DNA of 64,000 nt from Alphaproteobacteria bacterium (GTDB lineage Bacteria; Pseudomonadota; Alphaproteobacteria; UBA828). The number at the start of each line of letters is the position of its first letter. Position 1 is the stretch's first letter. Below the pieces are notes generated by a model that ran no database searches, was not told where the DNA came from, and worked only from the letters and a program-made list of their open reading frames with translations. A program made the translations under genes and the position numbers. Location: assembly GCA_963422645.2 (NCBI GenBank), contig CAXXVO010000004.1, positions 384,001 to 448,000 of the forward strand, in the 5' to 3' direction. Of the stretch, positions 57,762 to 64,000 are shown piece by piece.

Positions 57762-58110
57762 CCTTAATCTTCTGAATGACCTTGATGAGAGGGAACTCAG
57801 GCGCGATGGATGCGGAGCAGGAGTTGGCGCTGATCGCGCTGATGGAGTGGGAGGAGCGCCGGGACCGGTGGCTGGCGTTTCCGGCTCCGGACCGGGATCG
57901 CGTCGTGCAGGGTCTGGCCGATCTGATGGTTCGGATTGCGGATCGGGAGGCGGCCGATGACGGTCGATCCGTCGAAGATCACCCAGCGTCATCTTGAGCG
58001 TCTTGCAGTTGTCGTAACTGCCCAGGTCGTCTGATTTGTCATTTTGGGCCAGTGGATTGAGGCGTTTCTCGTTCGGAGTTGGTGGAAAGGGCTTGACGGG
58101 AATTTCGGGA

Positions 58111-59161
58111 ACCGCTTATGCACATGGCTCCGGTCGCGAGAGTTTGCCACCAGATGTTGAGGTTGAGGTTAGGGCGGGAGAACGGGTAGAATGTTGCCTA
58201 TACGTTCCTGCCGACGGAGCCACCACATGAAACAGGTCGCCGACAGCCTCCTCGCCTTCCAGCACATGTTCCCGGACGATGACGCCTGCGCCGCCTGGCT
58301 GATCGAAATGCGCTGGCCGGACGGCTTCGTCTGTCCCGCGTGCGGCCATGAAAAGGGATGGGCGCTGCGCAGAAAAGCACACACCTTCGAGTGCGCCGGC
58401 TGCCGCCGGCAGACCTCGGTGACGGCCGGGACGATCCTGCACGCCAGCAAGCTGCCGCTCACCGTCTGGTTCTGGGCCGCCTACCTGATGGCGACCCACT
58501 CCAACGGCATCTCTGCCCTGCAGCTCCAGAAACAGCTCGGTATCGGCTCTTACCGCAGCGCTTGGCTGCTCGCCCACAAGCTGCGCGCCAGCATGGTCGA
58601 CCCCGAGCGCAACCCGTTGTCGGGCCTGGTGGAAATCGACGAGGCCAGCCTTCCATTCCGGACCAAAGACGATCCTCCCACCGGAGGGCAAGGACGCAGC
58701 CACGACGGCAAGATGCTCATCGTCGGCGCCATCGAACTGGGGGATGGAACCATCCCGGGCCGCCTGCGGCTGGCCGAAATCTCCTCCTACGGCGCCGCCG
58801 ACCTCGGACACTTCGTCGAAACCGCCGCCGATCCCGACGCCATCGCGAAAACCGACGGCTGGTCCGGCTACGCTGCGGTCCCCGCCGATCGCCACAATGT
58901 CCATGTCGTCGGGAAGACCGCCGCTCACCTCGTCCTGCCGTGGATCCACCAAGTCTTCTCCAACCTCAAAGGATGGGCGCGAGGCGTCTACCACGGGCTG
59001 CGCCGCAAGCATCTGCAGGCCTATCTCGATGAGTTCGCCTTTCGCTTCAACCGCCGCAAAACCCGCCACGCTGCTTTCCGCTCGCTCTTCCGCATCGCCA
59101 CCAATGCAAAACCCCTTACCTACAGCATGTTGATCGAACCGGAGCCATGTGCATAAGCGGT
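58111..59161 (+). mobile_element. IS1595-family element, 1051 bp, inside the IS66 leader
   Basis: 24-bp TIR ACCGCTTATGCACATGGCTCCGGT; 8-bp duplication TTTCGGGA at 58103-58110 and 59162-59169. Confidence 0.93.
58227..59156 (+). CDS. IS1595-family transposase
   Basis: RWPDGFVCPACG Zn ribbon, VEIDE, TDGWSGY, YLDEFAFRFNRR. Confidence 0.93.
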   Translation: MKQVADSLLAFQHMFPDDDACAAWLIEMRWPDGFVCPACGHEKGWALRRKAHTFECAGCRRQTSVTAGTILHASKLPLTVWFWAAYLMATHSNGISALQLQKQLGIGSYRSAWLLAHKLRASMVDPERNPLSGLVEIDEASLPFRTKDDPPTGGQGRSHDGKMLIVGAIELGDGTIPGRLRLAEISSYGAADLGHFVETAADPDAIAKTDGWSGYAAVPADRHNVHVVGKTAAHLVLPWIHQVFSNLKGWARGVYHGLRRKHLQAYLDEFAFRFNRRKTRHAAFRSLFRIATNAKPLTYSMLIEPEPCA

Positions 59162-59186
59162 TTTCGGGAAATGACTCAACAACGAC

Positions 59187-60693
59187 ATGAGCAATCCCGA
59201 GTCGCCGCGCGGCCCTTCGACGGGAGCAGCGCCCGAAACGCCCGCGCAGAAGATCGCCCGCCTGGAGGAGGAGAACGCCCGGCTTCGGGAGGAAAATGCC
59301 TGGCTTCGGCAGCAGAACGCGCGGCTGGAAGAGCAAGTCGCGCGTCTCGTCGAGCGCATCGAGGAGTTGGAGCGCCGTCTCGGCCTCAACAGCGGCAACA
59401 GCGGCAAGCCGCCTTCGAGCGATGGGCTGAGGAAGCCGAATTCGAAGCGGCGAACCCGAAGCCTGCGCGGCAAATCGGGCCGCAAGCCCGGTGGCCAGCC
59501 CGGCCACAAGGGCAAGACGCTGCGCCGCGCCGATCACCCGGATCGGGTGAAGGATCACGTCCCGGCTTCCTGCAAGGGATGCGGTTCGCCGCTTTCGGAC
59601 GCGGCCAGGGCGGGAACGCCCGTCGCCCGCCAGGTGTTCGATCTGCCCGAGCCGAGCCCCCTGGAGGTGACCGAGCACCGGGCGCATGCCAAGTGCTGCG
59701 GGCATTGCGGGACGGTGACCCGGGCGGCGTTCCCCGACGGGGTGTCGGCGCCGGTGCAGTACGGCCCGCGCATTGCCGGGGTGGCGGTCTACCTTCAGCA
59801 CGCTCACTTCCTGCCGGAGGATCGGCTGTCGCAGGTGATGGCCGAGCTCTTCGGCGCGCCGGTGACGGCTGCGACGTTGGCGACGATGAGCGAGAGGGCG
59901 GCCGAGCGGCTTGCGGGACGCGGCCTTGCACATACAGGACCTGGCGGCGGGCACGGCGCGGGTGAAACACATGGACGAGACCGGCTTGCGGATCGGCGGT
60001 CAGACGCAGTGGCTTCATGTGATCTGCACGCCGCTGCTGGCGGCGTACCGGGTCAGCGGCAAGCGCGGCGCCCTGCTCTCGGGTGTCTCCGGCATCGTCG
60101 TGCACGATCACTGGAAGCCGTACTTCGCGATGGAAGGGGTGGAGCACGGCCTGTGCAACGCCCATCACCTGCGGGAGTTGCAGGCGCTGGTGGACATCGA
60201 AGGGGAGGCTTGGGCCCGGCGGATGCAGCAGCTCCTGCGCCGAGCCAATCGCGCCGCCCGCATCGCGCTGGACAAGGATATCGCCGTTCCGGCGAGGCTT
60301 GTGGCGCTGATCGAGCGCCGATACGACGAGATCATCGCCGATGCGCTGGCCTTTCACGAGAGCCAACCACCGTTCTCGCCTGGCAAGAGGAAGAAGCGCC
60401 GGAAGCGAAGGATCGGTCACAATCTGGCCTTGAGGCTGCGCGACCACAAATGCGCGGTGCTCCGGTTCCTGATCGACCTCGAGGTCGGGTTCACGAACAA
60501 CGAGGCCGAGCGCGACCTTCGGATGATGAAGCTGCGCCAGAAGATCTCCGGGGGCTTCCGGTCCGCGCAGGGGGCCGAGAACTTCGCCATCCTGCGCAGC
60601 GTCATCACCACCGCCAGAAAGCAGGGCTGGAATATCATCGAAGCCCTGACCAGCCCATCGGATCGGCTCATCGCCACCGTCAAGTGCGCGTAA
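59187..60693 (+). pseudogene. IS66 transposase copy 2, +1 frameshift at ~59911
   Basis: Extra T relative to copy 1 (CGGCTTGCGG vs CGGCTGCGG). Confidence 0.88.
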
Positions 60694-63282
60694 GCTCACC
60701 TGGCACGGGTTCTCCAACAGCGGAGCCATTCTCATAAACGATCATGGTCGACGCCGTGCTGGACCACCCCATAGAATGAAAATCGGTGCCCGTCGCGCGG
60801 GCGGACTTCGGGCCACATCGGGGTAGCTTACCGGTCGCAGTCCGCAAGAGGGGCATCGTGAGCTGTGAAACCCGGCGACCACAGAGGAGCACACGGGCGT
60901 CGCGTGGGTAGCGTTGTGCCGAATCCCAGAGAATTTTCACAGCAAGAACCTGGGCAGTTACCAGTTGTCTACGTTCGCCAGTCGACACCCTTGCAAGTGA
61001 ACGCGCACCAGGAATCGCAGCTGCGCCAATACGCGCTTGGCGAGCGTGCCCGGGAGATTGGCTGGCCGGCCGAGCGGATACGGACGATCGACGCCGATCT
61101 TGGCGAGAGCGCAAGCGAGAAGGCGCGCGGCGAGCGTGGCGGCTTTCGGGAGATGTGCGACCTGATCGCCCGGGACCATGTCGGGGGCATCTTCGGGATT
61201 GAGGTTTCGCGGCTCGCCAGGAACACGATGGAATGGTTTCAGCTTCTCGATCTATGTCGCAGGCACGACACGGTTCTGGTTGAGGACTGCCACATCTACT
61301 GCCCGAGCCGGGACGACGACTCCCTTGTCCTGGGGATCAAGGGAACCGTGAGCGCCGCTGAGCTGTCTTTTATTCGCGCCCGGATGGAGGGCGGAAAGCG
61401 GAACAAGGCGCTTCGTGGCGAGTTGTACTCGCGCGTTCCGATCGGATTTGTGCGGGATGGCTCGACTTTGCGGAAGGATCCGGATGCCCGGGTTCAGGCG
61501 GCGATTGCAACGGTCTTTGCGCGTTTTCGGCAAGCCGGTTCGGCCCGCCAGGCGACGATGCTGCTGCGTGAGGCGGGCGAGGATGTTCCCTCTCGCCGGC
61601 ACCCGGGGGCAGCATTGGAATGGGGCCCGGCGCGCTATGAACGGGTGTACCGCATCCTCACCAACCCGGCGATGGGCGGCGCCTATGCCTACGGCTTCAA
61701 ACGCGGCGTTGGTCACGGTGCGCCGCTGCGGCCGGTCCAGGAGCGCTGGGATATTCTTCAGCCGGAGAAGCATGAGGGATATGTCAGTTGGGCAGAATGG
61801 CTTGAAGTACAGGAGCAGCTGGCCCGCAACCACATGGCTCCGGACGGAGCCCGCGGCGCGGCGCGGGAAGGGTCGGCTCTGCTCCAGGGTCTCGCGGTCT
61901 GCGGCGGCTGCGGATTGCCGATGACCGTCTACTACAGCAAGACGGGCTGGGGGTATGAGTGCCGCAAGCGCGATGCTGCGCGCCGGCGCGGCGGTTGTTG
62001 GTCGACAGGCGGCAAGCGCGTTGATGCGGAAGTTGCCCGTCTGTTTCTCGATGCGGTCACGCCGGCGGGGGTGGAGGCGGCCCGGCAGGCGGCTTGTGAT
62101 GTTGCTGAACGCGGCCTGCGCGCGTTGCGCCGTTGGGAGCTGGATCTTGAGCACTGCCGGTACGAGGCGCGGCTTGCCGAGCGGCGCTACAAGCAGGTCG
62201 ATCCCGACAACCGTCTGATTGCGGCAACGCTGGAGCGCGAGTGGGAGAAGGCGCTTCGCGCCGAGAAGGCTGCACAGGAAGCGCTTGAGGCGGCACGGGC
62301 GCGTCAGCCCGCGGCCCCTGCCCCGGCGGTTTTCGAGGGTCTCGGCGCGCGCCTGTCGCAGGTCTGGGGGGCGTCGTCGACGACCATGCGCGAGCGCAAG
62401 CGCCTGCTCGCCTGCCTCCTCGACGAGGTGACGATCGAGCTTGCGCGACAGGAGCGTGAGATCATGGCAACATTGCGCTGGCGTGGCGGGCAGATCGACG
62501 AGATCACTTTGCCGATGCTCGCGGGCTCTCCGACACCCCGGCGCGATGAGCGCAGCACGGTCGAGCTCGTGCGCAAGCTGTCATGCTTTTACAACGACCG
62601 GGAGACCGCGAAGGTTCTCACCCGCCAGGGACGGCGCACAGCACGGGGTCTGGATTTCACGGCCGAGCTTGTTGGCAGCCTGCGTCGCCGCCATGGCATT
62701 GCGCCCTACCAGCCCGACGGGGACGAGCCGGTGCTCATGGGCGTTGCCGATGTGGCGAAGGAGATCGGAGTCTCGGATGACACCATCTATCGCTGGATCC
62801 GCGAGGGGCTGGTTCCGGTTGCCCAGCCCGATATCGAAGGTGCTCCTCTTCGGATCCGGATGACCCCGACCTTGCGCGAGCGCTTTCGTGAGGCGCCTCC
62901 GGAGGGGTTTGTTCCCCTCGCTGTGGCAATGGATCGTCTGGGTGTCACGCGGCAGACGGTCTGGGAACGGATCAAGGCGGGCAGGCTGGACAGCTGCCAT
63001 GTGACCCGCGGCAAGACGCGCGGACTGTATGTGCGTTTGCCGGTCGAGGACGAACTGCCGCTGCTGCGCGGGCTCAACGGTGATGGGGGGTGACCATGCC
63101 CGGACCGTCAGGCAAAACGCCCGATGCAGATCCGCACCTCCAACGTGCGATACTGGAAAATCACGTCCGGCACGATGTAAAGGTCGCCGCGGCGGCAACA
63201 ACGGAATCCAAACCGCCTTTTCTATCAATGCGGTAGAAACGCCCGCCCACCTGCACAACGGAGAAGCATTATGAAGCCTTCA

Positions 63283-63742
63283 TCTCGATGAGCACCGGGG
63301 TGATGTTGTAGCGCTCGGTCCAGTCGTCGGGCAGGCGGCGGCGGACGAGGGCGAGGATGTGCGAGCCCAGGTTGGGGATGGTGATCCAGGGCAGGATCAG
63401 GAACCTCGGATTGTCGACGACGAGCGGGAGGTTCTTCTCGCGCGATCGTGGCGTCCAGCCGATGAAGTTGTCGCGCGGAGCGAGCTTCCATGCGGCGGTT
63501 GAGAAGCCGAGCATGGCGATGGGCCAGCCGTTTCGGTCGTGGACGGCGTAGAGCATCTGGGCGCCGACGAGGGTCTTGTAACCGAGATAGTGGTAACGGG
63601 CGACGAACTCGTTCCACAACCTGCCCTCGCGGGTCTCGCGGACGACGGGGCGCAGGTCGATCGGGCGAACCTCGTCGAGGGTTGTCGGGGCCGGAAGCAG
63701 CGGCGGCTCGGTGTCCGGCCCGAAGACGACTGGCTTTGGCCG
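63283..63742 (-). pseudogene. DUF4338 gene, allele B, interrupted at the same codon
   Basis: KPVVFGPDTEPP...WNEFVARYHYLG...ERYNITPVLIE; many substitutions versus allele A. Confidence 0.85.
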
Positions 63743-64000
63743 GTGACCTCGTCATACTGTCGGCGTATGGTCTCCTTGTGCCTCTCCGACGCCTGCTCCT
63801 CGCGGGCCAGCCGCTTCCCCAGACGGGCGACCTCCCTGTTCAGCCGGGTCACCTCCTTGCGCAGCTCGCCTCGTTCCGCGCGTAGCGACTCGATCGTGGC
63901 CTTCTGGTTCTCCGCTCGCTCCAGGGTCGCACGCAGCCGGCGCCCCTCCCTGCCCGCCGTTGAGGTCGGCCTGCGCTTGGCCTGCTCGATGCTGGCTTCG
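63743..64000 (-). pseudogene. Coiled-coil coding fragment joined out of frame to the DUF4338 fragment
   Basis: Heptad-like RLRATLERAENQKATIESLRAERGELRKEVTRLNREV; runs off the window. Confidence 0.45.

Larger units (their letters stand above)
58014..60961 (+). mobile_element. IS66-family element, copy 2 (near-identical to 5130-7017)
   Basis: Same TIRs; 8-bp target duplication CAGTTGTC at 58006-58013 and 60962-60969. Confidence 0.95.
57957..63093 (+). pseudogene. Large serine recombinase copy 2, interrupted by IS66 just before YVRQS
   Basis: 5' part 57957-58013; remainder 60970-63093 is an open frame. Confidence 0.9.
57762..63284 (+). mobile_element. Large serine recombinase element, copy 2 (left ~250 bp lost; IS66 and IS1595 nested inside)
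   Basis: Matches copy 1 from 45009 onward; right end joins DUF4338 at TC 63283-63284. Confidence 0.9.

Noticed and set aside
46610-59915. Programmed frameshifts at ~46620, ~56004 and ~59911
   Set aside because: For two of them the sister copy has an open frame, and no slippery motif is evident; likely mutation or sequencing indels
60865-63093. Intact 742-aa recombinase as listed in the ORF track
   Set aside because: The first ~32 codons come from the IS66 end; the native start is at 57957. A rescued fusion is possible since YVRQS is retained, but is unsupported
44587-63742. Druantia defence system
   Set aside because: Only DUF4338 fragments are present; no DruE helicase or other dru genes

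Overview
High-GC bacterial DNA; the ffh-rpsP-rimM-trmD-rplS-leuC-leuD and ppx-rlmE synteny suggests an alphaproteobacterium. Positions 1-42 kb are mostly housekeeping and catabolic genes: tRNA-Gln, a trimethylamine-dehydrogenase-family locus, a LytTR/DUF2141/carotenoid-oxygenase unit, orphan ureE-ureG, and a nicotinate-type Mo-hydroxylase/6-hydroxynicotinate reductase/hydantoinase operon. Two clean recent IS insertions sit near the start: a DUF4338(DruA-like)-IS4 fusion and an IS66. Positions 42-64 kb are a nested pile of mobile elements: tandem tyrosine integrases, IS5, IS21, IS66, IS1595, an unclassified transposase and a decapitated PHP-ATPase defence-like gene. The standout is a ~2.8-kb large-serine-recombinase element present twice, both times at the same TC dinucleotide of two different DUF4338 alleles. 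Its first gene is split across the element ends: RBS+ATG lie at the right end and the body at the left end, so the gene is assembled in frame only on the predicted excised circle, where it is ATGA-coupled to the recombinase. All calls come from reading the sequence; no database searches were run.
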